From Eledone cirrhosa (lineage: Eukaryota), in contig OZ024742.1 in the NCBI GenBank assembly GCA_964016885.1, positions 276,148,001 to 276,212,000 of the forward strand: DNA of 64,000 bases, read 5' to 3'. Every line of letters begins with the position of its first letter. The stretch's first letter is position 1. Made by a program: the position numbers and the translations under genes. The notes beneath the pieces were generated by a model, which did not search any database, had not been told where the DNA came from, and worked only from the letters and a program-made list of their open reading frames with translations. Positions 13,201 to 27,800 of this stretch are shown here, in pieces.

Positions 13201-15800
13201 TAACCCACAGATATGTTGTCTCCTCTCTCTGTCAGTTCTGCCACTACAACTGTAATCTCTGCTCCTCACTGACATACTTAAGCCCACAGATATGTTGTCT
13301 CCTCTCTCTGTTAGTTCTACCACTACAACTATAGTCTCTTCTACTACCTGACATACTCTAACCCACAGATATGTTGTCACCTCTCTCTGCCAGTTCTACC
13401 ACTACAACTGTAGTATCTGCTCCTACCTGACATACTCTAACCCACAGATATTTTGTCTCCTCTCTCTGTCAGTTCTTCCACTACAACTATAGTCTCTGCT
13501 CATCACTGACATACTCTAGCTCACAGATATGTTGTCTCCCCTCTCTGTCAGTTCTACCACTACAACTATAGTCTCTTCTCCTCACTGACATACTCTAGCC
13601 CACAGATATGTTGTCTCCCCTCTCTGTCAGTTCTGCCACTACAACTGTAGTCTCTGCTCCTCGCTGACATACTCTAGCCCACAGATATGTTGTCTCCTCT
13701 CTCTGTCAGTTCTACTACTACAACTGTAGTCTCTTCTCCTACCTGACATACTCTAACACACAGATATGTTGTCTCCCCTCTCTGTCAGTTCTACCACTAC
13801 AACTATAGTCTCTGCTCCTACCTGACATACTCTAGCCCACATATATGTTGTCTCCCTTCTGTGTCAGTTCTACCACTACAACTATAGTCTCTGCTCCTAC
13901 CTGACATACTCTAACCCACAGATATGTTGTCTCCCCTCTCTGTCAGTTCTACCATTACAACTATAGTCTCTGCTCCTACCTGACATACACTAGCTCACAG
14001 ATATGTTGTCTCCCCTCTCTGTCAGTTCTACCACTACAACTGTCGTCTCTGCTCTTACCTGCCATACTCTAGCCCACAGATATGTTGTCTCCCCTCTCTG
14101 TCAGTTCTACCACTACAACTATAGTCTCTTCTCCTACCTGACATACTCTAACCCACAGATATGTTGTCTCCCCTCTCTGTCAGTTCTACCATTACAACTA
14201 TAGTCTCTGCTCCTACCTGACATACTCTAGCTCACAAATATGTTGTCTCCCCTCTCTGTCAGTTCTACCACTACAACTGTAGTCTCTGCTCCTACCTGCC
14301 ATACTCTAGCCCACAGATATGTTGTCTCCCCTCTCTGTCAGTTCTACCACTACAACTATAGTCTCTTCTCCTACCTGACATACTCTAACCCACAAATATG
14401 TTGTCTACTCTCTCTGTCAGTTCTACCACTACAACTGTAGTATCTGCTCCTACCTGACATACTCTAACCCACAGATATTTTGTCTCCTCTCTCTGTCAGT
14501 TCTACCACTACAACTATAGTCTCTGCTCCTACCTGACATACTCTAACCCACAGATATGTTGTCTTCAGTCTCTGTCAGTTCTACCACTACAACTATAGTC
14601 TCTGCTCATCACTGACATACTCTAGCTCACAGATATGTTGTCTCCCCTCTCTGTCAGTTCTACCACTACAACTATAGTGTCAGCTCCTATCTCTATCTGA
14701 CATACTCTAGCCCACAGATATGTTGTCTCCCCTCTCTGTCAGTTCTACCACTAGAACTGTAGTCTCTGCACCCACCTGACATACTCTAACCCACAGATAT
14801 GTTGTCTCCCCTCTCTGTCAGTTCTACCACTACAACTCTTGTCTCTGCTCCTACCTGACATACTCTAACCCATAGATATGTTGTCTTCCCTCTCTGTCAG
14901 TTCTACCACTACAACTATAGTCTCTGCTCCTACCTGACATACTCTAGCCCACAGATATGTTCTCTCCCCTCTCTGTCAGTTCTACCACTACAACTGTAGT
15001 CTCTGCTCCTACCTGACATACTCTAGCTCACAGATATGTTGTCTCCCCTCTCTGTCAGTTTTACCACTAGAACTGTAGTATCTGCTCCTCACTGACATAC
15101 TCTAGCCCACAGATATGTTGTCTCCCCTCTCTGTCAGTTCTGCCACTACCACTGTAGTCTCTGCTCCTCACTGACATACTTAAGCCCACAGATATGTTGT
15201 CTCCTCTCTCTGTCAGTTCTACCACTACAACTATAGTCTCTGCTCCTACCTGACATACTCTAGCCCACAGATATGTTGTCTCCCCTCTCTGTCAGTTCTA
15301 CCAGTACAACTGTAGTCTCTGCTCCTCACTGACATACTCTAGCACACGTATCTGTTGTCTCCCCTCTCTGTCAGTTCTACCACTACAACTATAGTCTCTG
15401 CTCTTACCTGACATACTCTAGCCCAGAGATATGTTGTCTCCCCTGTCTGTCAGTTCAACCAATACAACTATAATCTCTGCTCCTACCTGACATACTCTAG
15501 CCCACAGATATGTTGTCTCCCCTCTCTGTCAGTTCTACCACTACAACTATAGTCTCTGCTCCTACCTGACATACTCTAACCCACAGATATGTTGTCTCCC
15601 CTCTCTGTCAGTTCTACCATTACATATATAGTCTCTGCTCCTACCTGACATACTCTAGCTCACAGATATGTTGTCTCCCCTCTCTGTCAGTTCTACCACT
15701 ACAACTATAGTCTCTGCTCCTACCTGACATACTCTAGCTCACAGATATGTTGTCTCCTCTCTCTGTCAGTTCTACCACTACAACTGTAGTCTCTGATCCT
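1270..15800. repeat. Older tandem duplication of a ~8-kb block of monomers (~1.3-9.3 kb copied at ~9.35-15.8 kb) with later whole-monomer losses and gains
   Basis: Diagnostic variants recur in the same order: GTCTTCAG 1443/9506 (offset 8063), ORFs 3413/10528 (7115) and 4920/11640 (6720), 7-bp deletion ~6248/~13047 (6799), GCACACGTA 8701/15342 (6641), TGATCC 9311/15794 (6483). Every offset equals 79n+5. Boundaries approximate. Confidence 0.85.
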
Positions 15801-18800
15801 ACCTGACATACTCTAACCCACAGATATTTTGTCTCCTTTCACTGTCAGTTCTACCACTACAACTATAGTCTCTGCTCCTCACTGACATACTCTAGCCCAC
15901 AGATATGTTGTCTCCCCTCTCTGTCAGTTCTACCACTACAACTATAGTCTCTGCTCCTCACTGACATACTCTAGCCCACAGATATGTTGTCTCCCCTCTT
16001 TGTCAGTTCTACCACTACAACTGTAGTCTTTGCTCCTACCTGACATACTCTAACCCACAGATATGTTGTCTTCCCTCTCTGTCAGTTCTACCACTACAAC
16101 TGTAGTCTCTGCTTCTCAATGACATACTCTAGCACACAGATATGTTGTCTCCCCTCTCTGTCAATTCTACCACTACAACTATAGTCTCTGCTCCTCACTG
16201 ACATACTCTAGCCCACCGATATGTTGTCTCCCCTATCTGTCAGTTCTGCCACTACAACAGTAGTCTCTTCTCCTCACTGACATACTCTAGCCCACAGATA
16301 TGTTGTCTCCTCATTCTGTCAGTTCTACTACTACAACTGTAGTCTCTTCTCCTACCTGACATACTCTAACACACAGATATGTTGTCTCCCCTCTCTGTCA
16401 GTTCTACCACTACAACTATAGTCTCTGCTCCTACCTGACATACTCTAGCCCACAGATATGTTGTCTCCCCTCTCTGTCAGATCTACCACTACAACTATAG
16501 TCTCTGCTCCTACCTGACATGCTCTAGCCCACAGATATGTTGTCTCCCCTCTCTCTGTCAGTTCTACCACTACAACTATAGTCTCTGCTCCTACCTGACA
16601 TACTCTAGCTCACAAATATGTTGTCTCCCCTCTCTGTCAGTTCTACCACTACAACTGTAGTCTCTGCTCCTACCTGCCATACTCTAGCCCACAGATATGT
16701 TGTCTCCCCTCTCTGTCAGTTCTACCACTACAACTATAGTCTCTTCTCCTACCTGACATACTCTAACCCACAAATATGTTGTCTACTCTCTCTGTCAGTT
16801 CTACCACTACAACTGTAGTCTCTGCTCCTACCTGACATACTCTAGCTCACAAATATGTTGTCTCCCCTCTCTGTCAGTTCTACCACTAGAACTGTAGTCT
16901 CTGCACCCACCTGACATACTCTAACCCACAGATATGTTGTCTCCCCTCTCTGTCAGTTCTACCACTACAACTGTAGTCTCTGCTCCTACCTGACATACTC
17001 TAGCCCACAGATATGTTGTCTCCCCTCTCTGTCAGTTGTACCACTACAACTATAGTCTCTGCTCCTCACTGACATACTCTAGCACACAGATATGTTGTCT
17101 CCCCTCTCTGTCAGTTCTACCACTACAACTATAGTCTCTACTCCTCAGTGACATACTCTAGCCCACAGATATGTTGTCTCCCCTCTCTGTCAGTTCTGCC
17201 ACTCCAACAGTAGTCTCTGCTCCTCACTGACATACTCTAGCACACAGATATGTTGTTTCCCCTCTCTGTCAGTTCTACCACTACAACTATAGTCTCTGCT
17301 CCTCACTGACATACTCTAGCCCACAGATATGTTGTCTCCCCTCTCTGTCAGTTCTGCCACTACAACAGTAGTCTCTGCTCCTCACTGACATACTCTAGCC
17401 CACAGATATGTTGTCTCCTCTCTCTGTCAGTTCTACTACTACAACTGTAGTCTCTTCTCCTACCTGACATACTCTAACACACAGATATGTTGTCTCCCCT
17501 CTCCGTCAGTTCTACCACTACAACTGTAGTCTCTGCTCCTACCTGACATACTCTAGCCCACATATATGTTGTCTCCCTTCTGTGTCAGTTCTACCACTAC
17601 AACTATAGACTCTGCTCATCACTGACATACTCTAGCTCACAGATATGTTGTGTCCCCTCTCTGTCAGTTCTACCACAACAAATATAGTCTCTGCTCCTAT
17701 CTCTATCTGACATACTCTAGCCCACAGATATGTTGTCTCCCCTCTCTGTCAGTTCTACCACTACAACTATAGTCTCTGCTCCTCAGTGACATACTCTAGC
17801 CCACAGATATGTTGTCTCCCCTCTCTGTCAGTTCTACCACTACAACTATAGTCTCTGTTCCTACCTGACATACTCTAGCCCACAGATATGTTGTCTCCCC
17901 TCTCTGTCAGTTCTACCACTACAACTCTAGTCTCTTCTCCTACCTGACATACTCTAGCCCACAGATATGTTGTCTCCCCTCTCTGTCAGTTCTACCACTA
18001 GAACTGTAGTCTCTGCACCCACCTGACATACTCTAACCCACAGATATGTTGTCTCCCCTCTCTGTCAGTTCTACCACTACAACTCTAGTCTCTGCTCCTA
18101 CCTGACATACTCTAACCCATAGATATGTCGTCTTCCCTCTCTGTCAGTTCTACCACTACAACTATAGTCTCTGCTCCTACCTGACATACTCTAGCTCACA
18201 GATATGTTGTCTCCCCTCTCTGTCAGTTCTACCACTACAACTATAGTCTCTGCTCCTACCTGACATACTCTAGCTCACAGATATGTTGTCTCCTCTCTCT
18301 GTCAGTTCTACCACTACAACTATAGTCTCTGCTCCTACCTGACATACTCTAACCCACAGATATTTTGTCTCCTTTCACTGTCAGTTCTACCACTATAACT
18401 ATAGTCTCTGCTCGTCACTGACATACACTAGCCCACAGATATGTTGTCTCCCCTCTTTGTCAGTTCTACCACTACAACTGTAGTCTCTTCTCCTACCTGA
18501 CATACTCTAACCCACAGATATGTTGTCTCCCCTCTTTGTCAGTTCTACCACTACAACTGTAGTCTCTTCTCCTACCTGACATACTCTAGCTCACAGATAT
18601 GTTGTCTTCCCTCTCTGTCAGTTCTACCACTACAACTATAGTCTCTGCTCCTCACTGACATACTCTAGCCCACAGATATGTTGTCTCCCCTCTTTGTCAG
18701 TTCTACCACTACAACTGTAGTCTTTGCTCCTACCTGACATACTCTAACCCACAGATATGTTGTCTTCCCTCTCTGTCAGTTCTACCACTACAACTGTAGT

Positions 18801-21800
18801 CTCTGCTTCTCAATGACATACTCTAGCACACAGATATGTTGTCTCCCCTCTCTGTCAATTCTACCACTACAACTATAGTCTCTGCTCCTCACTGACATAC
18901 TCTAGCCCACCGATATGTTGTCTCCCCTCTCTGTCAGTTCTGCCACTACAACAGTAGTCTCTGCTCCTCACTGACATACTCTAGCCCACAGATATGTTGT
19001 CTCCTCATTCTGTCAGTTCTACTACTACAACTGTAGTCTCTTCTCCTACCTGACATACTCTAACACACAGATATGTTGTCTCCCCTCTCTGTCAGTTCTA
19101 CCACTACAACTATAGTCTCTGCTCCTACCTGACATACTCTAGCCCACAGATATGTTGTCTCCCCTCTCTGTCAGATCTACCACTACAACTATAGTCTCTG
19201 CTCCTACCTGACATGCTCTAGCCCACAGATATGTTGTCTCCCCTCTCTGTCAGTTCTACCACTACAACTGTAGTCTCTGCTCCTACCTGACATACTCTAG
19301 CCCACAGATATGTTGTCTCCCCTCTCTGTCAGTTGTACCACTACAACTATAGTCTCTGCTCCTCACTGACATACTCTAGCACACAGATATGTTGTCTCCC
19401 CTCTCTGTCAGTTCTACCACTACAACTATAGTCTCTACTCCTCAGTGACATACTCTAGCCCACAGATATGTTGTCTCCCCTCTCTGTCAGTTCTGCCACT
19501 CCAACAGTAGTCTCTGCTCCTCACTGACATACTCTAGCACACAGATATGTTGTTTCCCCTCTCTGTCAGTTCTACCACTACAACTATAGTCTCTGCTCCT
19601 CACTGACATACTCTAGCCCACAGATATGTTGTCTCCCCTCTCTGTCAGTTCTGCCACTACAACAGTAGTCTCTGCTCCTCACTGACATACTCTAGCCCAC
19701 AGATATGTTGTCTCCTCTCTCTGTCAGTTCTACTACTACAACTGTAGTCTCTTCTCCTACCTGACATACTCTAGCCCACATATATGTTGTCTCTCTTCTG
19801 TGTCAGTTCTACCACTACAACTATAGACTCTGCTCATCACTGACATACTCTAGCTCACAGATATGTTGTGTCCCCTCTCTGTCAGTTCTACCACAACAAA
19901 TATAGTCTCTGCTCCTATCTCTATCTGACATACTCTAGCCCACAGATATGTTGTCTCCCCTCTCTGTCAGTTCTACCACTACAACTATAGTCTCTGTTCC
20001 TACCTGACATACTCTAGCCCACAGATATGTTGTCTCCCCTCTCTGTCAGTTCTACCACTAGAACTGTAGTCTCTGCACCCACCTGACATACTCTAACCCA
20101 CAGATATGTTGTCTCCCCTCTCTGTCAGTTCTACCACTACAACTCTAGTCTCTGCTCCTACCTGACATACTCTAACCCATAGATATGTTGTCTTCCCTCT
20201 CTGTCAGTTCTACCACTACAACTATAGTCTCTGCTCCTACCTGACATACTTTAGCCCACAGATATGTTGTCTCCCCTCTCTGTCAGTTCTACCACTACAA
20301 CTGTAGTCTCTGCTCCTCACTGACATACTTAAGCCCACAAATATGTTGTCTCCTCTCTCTGTCTGTTCTACCACTACAACTGTAGTCTCTGCTCCTACCT
20401 GACATACTCTAGCCCACAGATATGTTATCTCCTCTCTCTGTCAGTTCTACCACTACAACTATAGTCTCTGCTCCTACCTGACATACTCTAGCCCACAGAT
20501 ATGTTGTCTCCCCTCTCTGTCAGTTCTACCAGTACAACTGTAGTCTCTGCTCCTCACTGACATACTCTAGCCCACAGATATGTTGTCTCCCCTCTCTGTC
20601 AGTTCAACCAATACAACTATAATCTCTGCTCCTACCTGACATACTCTAGCCCACAGATATGTTGTCTCCCCTCTCTGTCAGTTCTACTACTACAACTATA
20701 GTCTCTGCTCCTACCTGACATACTCTAGCTCACAGATATGTTGTCTGCCCTCTCTGTCAGTTCTACCACTACAACTGTCGTCTCTGCACCTACGTGACAT
20801 ACTTTTAGCCACAGATATGTTGTCTCCCCTCTGTGTCAGTTCTACCACTACAACTGTAGTCTCTGCTCCTACCTGACATACTCTAACCCACAGATATTTT
20901 GTCTCCCCTCTCTGTCAGTTCTACCATTACAAATATAGTCTCTGCTCCTACCTGACATACTCTAGCTCACAGATATTTTGTCTCCTTTCACTGTCAGTTC
21001 TACCACTATAACTATAGTCTCTGCTCGTCACTGACATACTCTAGCCCACAGATATGTTGTCTCCCCTCTTTGTCAGTTCTACCACTACAGCTATAGTCTC
21101 TGCTCCTACCTGACATACTCTAGCCCACAGATATGTTGTCTCCCCTCTCTGTCAGTTCTACCACTACAACTGTAGTCTCTGCTCTTACCTGACATACTCT
21201 AACCCACAGATATGTTGTCTCCCCTCTCTGTCAGTTCTACCACTACAACTCTAGTCTCTGCTCCTACCTGACATACTCTAACCCACAGATATGTTGTCTC
21301 CCCTCTCTGTCAGTTCTACCACTACAACTGTAGTCTCTGCTCCTCACTGACATACTCTAGCCCACAGATATGTTGTCTCCCCTCTCTGTCAGTTCTACCA
21401 CTACAACTGTAGTCTCTGCTCCTACCTGACATACTCTAACCCACAGATATGTTGTCTTCCCTCTCTGTCAGTTCTACCACTACAACTGTAGTCTCTGCTC
21501 CTACCTGACATACTCTAACCCACAGATATGTTGTCTCCCATCTCTGTCAGTTCTACCACTACAACTATAGTCTCTGCTCCTCACTGACATACTCTAGCAC
21601 ACAGATATGTTGTCTCCCCTCTCTGTCAGTTCTGCCACTACAACAGTAGTCTCTGCTCCTCACTGACATACTCTAGCCCACAGATATGTTGTCTCCTCTC
21701 TCTGTCAGTTCTACTACTACAACTGTAGTCTCTTCTCCTACCTGACATACTCTAACACACAGATATGTTGTCTCCCTTCTGTGTCAGTTCTACCACTACA

Positions 21801-24800
21801 ACTATAGTCTCTGCTCCTACCTGACATAGTCTAGCCCACATATATGTTGTCTCCCCTCTCTGTCAGTTCTACCACTATAACTATAGTCTCTGCTCCTCAC
21901 TGACATACTCTAACCCACAGATATGTTGTCTCCCCTCTCTGTCAGTTCTACCACTACAACTATAGTCTCTGCTCCTACCTGACATACTCTAACCCACAGA
22001 TATGTTGTCTCCCCTCTCTGTCAGTTCTACCACTACAACTATAGTCTCTGCTCCTACCTCACATACTCTAGCCCACAGATATGTTGTCTCCCCTCTCTCT
22101 GTCAGTTCTACCACTACAACTATAGTCTCTTCTCCTACCTGACATACTCTAACACACAGATATGTTGTCTCCCCTCTCTGTCAGTTCTACCACTACAACT
22201 ATAGTCTCTGCTCCTACCTGACATACTCTATCCCACAGATATGTTGTCTCCTCTCTCTGTCAGTTCTACCACTACAACTGTAGTCTCTTCTCCTACCTGA
22301 CATACTCTAACACACAGATATGTTGTCTCCCTTCTGTGTCAGTTCTACCACTACAACTATAGTCTCTGCTCCTATCTGACATACTCTAGCCCACAGATAT
22401 GTTGTCTCCTCTCTCTGTCAGTTCTACTACTACAACTGTAGTCTCTTCTCCTACCTGACATACTGTAACACACAGATATGTTGTCTCCCCTCTCTGTCAG
22501 TTCTACCACTACAACTGTAGTCTCTGCTCCTACCTGACATACTCTAGCCCACATATATGTTGTCTCCCTTCTGTGTCAGTTCTACCACTACAACTATAGA
22601 CTCTGCTCATCACTGACATACTCTAGCTCACAGATATGTTGTGTCCCCTCTCTGTCAGTTCTACCACAACAAATATAGTCTCTGCTCCTATCTCTATCTG
22701 ACATACTCTAGCCCACAGATATGTTGTCTCCCCTCTCTGTCAGTTCTACCACTACAACTATAGTCTCTGCTCCTCACTGACATACTCTAGCCCACAGATA
22801 TGTTGTCTCCTCTCTCTGTCAGTTCTACCACTACAACTATAGTCTCTGTTCCTACCTGACATACTCTAGCCCACAGATATGTTGTCTCCTCTCTCTGTCA
22901 GTTCTACCACTATAACTATAGTCTCTGCTCCTACCTGACATACTCTAGCCCACGGATATGTTGTCTCCCCTCTCTGTCAGTTCTACCACTACAACTATAG
23001 TCTCTGTTCCTACCTGACATACTCTAGCCCACAGATATGTTGTCTCCCCTCTCTGTCAGTTCTACCACTAGAACTGTAGTCTCTGCACCCACCTGACATA
23101 TTCTAACCCACAGATATGTTGTCTCCCCTCTCTGTCAGTTCTACCACTACAACTCTAGTCTCTGCTCCTACCTGACATACTCTAGCCCACAGATATGTTG
23201 TCTCCTCTCTCTGTCAGTTCTACCACTAGAACTGTATTCTCTGCTCCTACCTGACATACTCTAACCCATAGATATGTTGTCTTCCCTCTCTGTCAGTTCT
23301 ACCACTACAACTATAGTCTCTGCTCCTACCTGACATACTTTAGCCCACAGATATGTTGTCTCCCCTCTCTAGTCAGTTCTACCACTAGAACTGTAGTCTC
23401 TGCACCCAACTGACATACTCTAACCCACAGATATGTTCTCTCACCTCTCTGTCAGTTCTACCACTACAACTGTAGTCTCTGCTCCTACCTGACATACTCT
23501 AGCTCACAGATATGTTGTCTCCCCTCTCTGTCAGTTTTACCACTAGAACTGTAGTATCTGCTCCTCACTGACATACTCTAGCCCACAGATATGTTGTCTC
23601 CCCTCTCTGTCAGTTCTGCCACTACAACTGTAGTCTCTGCTCCTCACTGACATACTTAAGCCCACAAATATGTTGTCTCCTCTCTCTGTCTGTTCTACCA
23701 CTACAACTGTAGTCTCTGCTCCTACCTGACATACTCTAGCCCACAGATATGTTATCTCCTCTCTCTGTCAGTTCAACCACTACAACTATAGTCTCTGCTC
23801 CTACCTGACATACTCTAGCCCACAGATATGTTGTCTCCCCTCTCTGTCAGTTCTACTACTACAACTATAGTCTCTGCTCCTACCTGACATACTCTAGCTC
23901 ACAGATATGTTGTCTGCCCTCTCTGTCAGTTCTACCACTACAACTGTCGTCTCTGCACCTACGTGACATACTTTTAGCCACAGATATGTTGTCCCCCCTC
24001 TCTGTCAGTTCTACCACTACAACTGTAGTCTCTGCTCCTACCTGACATACTCTAACCCACAGATATGTTGTCTCCCCTCTCTGTCAGTTCTACCACTACA
24101 ACTATAGTCTCTGCTCCTACCTGACATACTCTAGCCCACAGATATGTTGTCTCCCCTCTCTGTCAGTTCTCCCACTACAACTGTAGTCTCTGCTCCTACC
24201 TGACATACTCTAGCCCACAGATATGTTGTCTCCCCTCTCTGTCAGTTCTACCACTACAACTATAGTCTCTGCTCCTACCTGACATACTCTAGCCCACAGA
24301 TATGTTGTCTCCCCTCTCTGTCTGTTCTACCACTACAACTATAGTCTCTGCTCCTACCTGACATACTCTAACCCACAGATATGTTGTCTCCCCTCTCTGT
24401 CAGTTCAACCACTACAACTCTAGTCTCTGCTTCTACCTGACATACTCTAACCAATAGATATGTTGTCTTCCCTCTCTGTCAGTTCTACCACTACAACTGT
24501 AGTCACTGCTCCTACCTGACATACTCTAGCCCACAGATATGTTATCTCCTCTCTCTGTCAGTTCTACCACTACAACTGTAGTCTCTGCTCCTACTTACAT
24601 ACTCTAGCCCACAGATATGTTTTCTCCCCTCTCTGTCAGTTCTACCACTACAACTATAGTCTCTGCTTCTCACTGACATACTCTAGCCCACAGATATGTT
24701 GTCTCCCCTCTCTGTCAGTTCTACCATTACAACTATAGTCTCTAATCCTACCTGACATACTCTAGCCCACAGATATGTTGTCTTCCCTCTCTGTCAGTTC

Positions 24801-27800
24801 TACCACTACAACTGTAGTCTCTGCTCATCACTGACATACTCTAGCCCACAGATATGTTGTCTCCCCTCTATGTCAGTTCTAGTACTACAACTGTAGTCTC
24901 TTCTCCTACCTGACATACTCTAACACACAGATATGTTGTCTCCCCTCTGTGTCAGTTCTACCACTACAACTGTAGTCTCTGCTACTCACTGACATACTCT
25001 AGCCCACAGATATGTTGTCTCCTCTGTCTGTCTGTTCTACCACTACAACTGTAGTCTCTGCTCCTACCTGACATACTCTAGCCCACAGATATTTGTCTCC
25101 CCTCTCTGTCAGTTCTACCACTACAACTATAGTCTCTGCTCCTTACTGACATACTCTAGCCCACAGATATGTTATCTCCTCTCTCTGTCAGTTCTTCCAC
25201 TACAACTATAGTCTCTGCTCCTACCTGACATACTCTAGCCCACAGATATGTTGTCTCCCCTCTTTGTCAGTTCTACCACTACAACTATAGTCTCTGCTCC
25301 TACCTGACATACTCTAGCCCACAGATATGTTGTCTCCCCTCTCTGTCAGTTCTGCAACTACAACTGTAGTCTCTGCTCCTCACTGACATACTTAAGCCCA
25401 CAGATATGTTGTCTCCTCTGTCTGTCTGTTCTACCACTACAACTGTAGTCTCTGCTCCTACCTGACATACTCTAGCACACAGATATGTTGTCTCCCCTCT
25501 CTGTCAGTTCTACCACTACAACTGTAGTCTCTGCTCCTCACTGACATACTCTAGCCCAAAGATATGTTGTCTCCCCTCTCTGTCAGTTCTACCACTACAA
25601 CTATAGTCTCTGCCCCTACCTGACATACTCTAGCCCACAGATATGTTGTCTCCCCTCTCTGTCAGTTCTACCAATACAACTATAGTCTCTGCTCCTACCT
25701 GACATACTTTAGCCCACAGATATGTTGTCTCCCCTCTCTGTCAGTTCTACCACTACAACTATAGTCTCTGCTCCTACCTGACATACTCTAGCTCACAGAT
25801 ATGTTGTCTCCCCTCTCTGTCAGTTCTACCACTACAACTGTCGTCACTGCACCTACGTGACATACTTTTACCCACAGATATGTTGTCCCCCCTCTCTGTC
25901 AGTTCTACCACTACAACTATAGTCTCTGCCCCTACCTGACATACTCTAGCCCACAGATATGTTGTCTCCCCTCTCTGTCAGTTCTACCACTACAACTGTA
26001 GTCTCTGCTCCTACCTGACATACTCTAACCCACAGATACGTTGTCTCCCCTCTCTGTCAGTTCTACCATTACAACTATAGTCTCTGCTCCTACCTGACAT
26101 ACTCTAGCACACAGATATGTTGTCTCCCCTCTCTGTCAGTTCTACCACTACAACTGTAGTCTATGCTCCTACCTGCCATACTCTAGCCCACAGATATGTT
26201 GTCTCCCCTCTCTGTCAGTTCTACCACTACAACTATAGTCTCTTCTCCTACCTGACATACTCTAACCCACAGATATGTTGTCTCCCCTCTCTGTCAGTTC
26301 TACCACTACAACTGTAGTCTCTGCTCCTACCTGACATACTCTAACCCACAGATATGTTGTCTCCCCTCTCTGTCAGTTCTACCATTACAACTATAGTCTC
26401 TGCTCCTACCTGACATACTCTAGCTCACAGATATGTTGTCTCCCCTCTCTGTCAGTTCTACCACTACAACTGTAGTCTCTGCTCCTACCTGCCATACTCT
26501 AGCCCACAGATATGTTGTCTCCCCTCTCTGTCAGTTCTACCACTACAACTATAGTCTCTGCTCGTCACTGACATACTCTAGCCCACAGATATGTTGTCTC
26601 CCCTATCTGTCAGTTCTACCAGTACAGCTATAGTCTCTGCTCGTCACTGACATACTCTAGCCCACAGATATGTTGTCTCCTCTCTCTGTCAGTTCTACCA
26701 CTACAGCTATAGTCTCTGCTCCTACCTGACATACTCTAGCCCACAGATATGTTCTCTCCTCTCTCTGTCAGTTCTACCACTACAGCTATAGTCTCTGCTC
26801 CTACATAACATACTCTAGCTCACAGATATGTTGTCTCCCCTCTCTCTCAGTTCTACCACTACAACTGTAGTCTCTGCTCCTACCTAACATACTCTAGCCC
26901 ACAGATATGTTGTCTCCCCTCTCTGTCAGTTCTACCACTAAAACTATAGTCTCTGCTCCTACATAACATACTCTAGCTCACAGATATGTTGTCTCCCCTC
27001 TCTCTCAGTTCTACCACTACAACTGTAGTCTCTGCTCCTACCTGACATACTCTAGCCCACAGATATGTTGTCTCCCTTCTCTGTCAGTTCTACCACTACA
27101 ACTGTATTCTCTGCTCCTACCTGACATACTCTAGCTCACAGATATGTTGTCTTCCCTCTCTGTCAGTTCTACCACTACAACTATAGTCTCTGCTCCTACC
27201 TGACATACTCTAGCCCACAGAGATGTTTTCTTCCCTCTCTGTCAGTTCTACCACTACAACTGTAGTCTCTGCTCCTACCTGACATACTCTAACCCACAGA
27301 TATGTTGTCTCCCCTGTCTGTCAGTTCTACCACTACAACTGTAGTCTCTGCTCCTCACTGACATACTCGAGCCCACAGATATGTTGTCTCCCCTCTCTTT
27401 CAGTTCTGCCACTACAACTGTAGTCTCTGCTCCTCACTGACATACTCTAGCCCACACATATGTTGTCTCCCCTCTCTGTCAGTTCTACTACTACAACTGT
27501 AGTCTCTTCACCTACCTGACATACTCTAACACACAGATATGTTGTCTCCCCTCTCTGTCAGTTCTACCACTACAACTATAGTCTCTGCTCCTCACTGACA
27601 TACTCTAACCCACAGATATGTTGTCTCCCCTCTCTGTCAGTTCTACCACTACAACTATAGTCTCTGCTCCTATCTGACCTACTCTAGCCCACATATATGT
27701 TGTCTCCCCTCTCTGTCAGTTCTACCACTACAACTGTAGTCTCTGCTCCTACATAACATACTGTAACCCATAAATATTTTGTCTTCCCTCTCTGTCAGTT

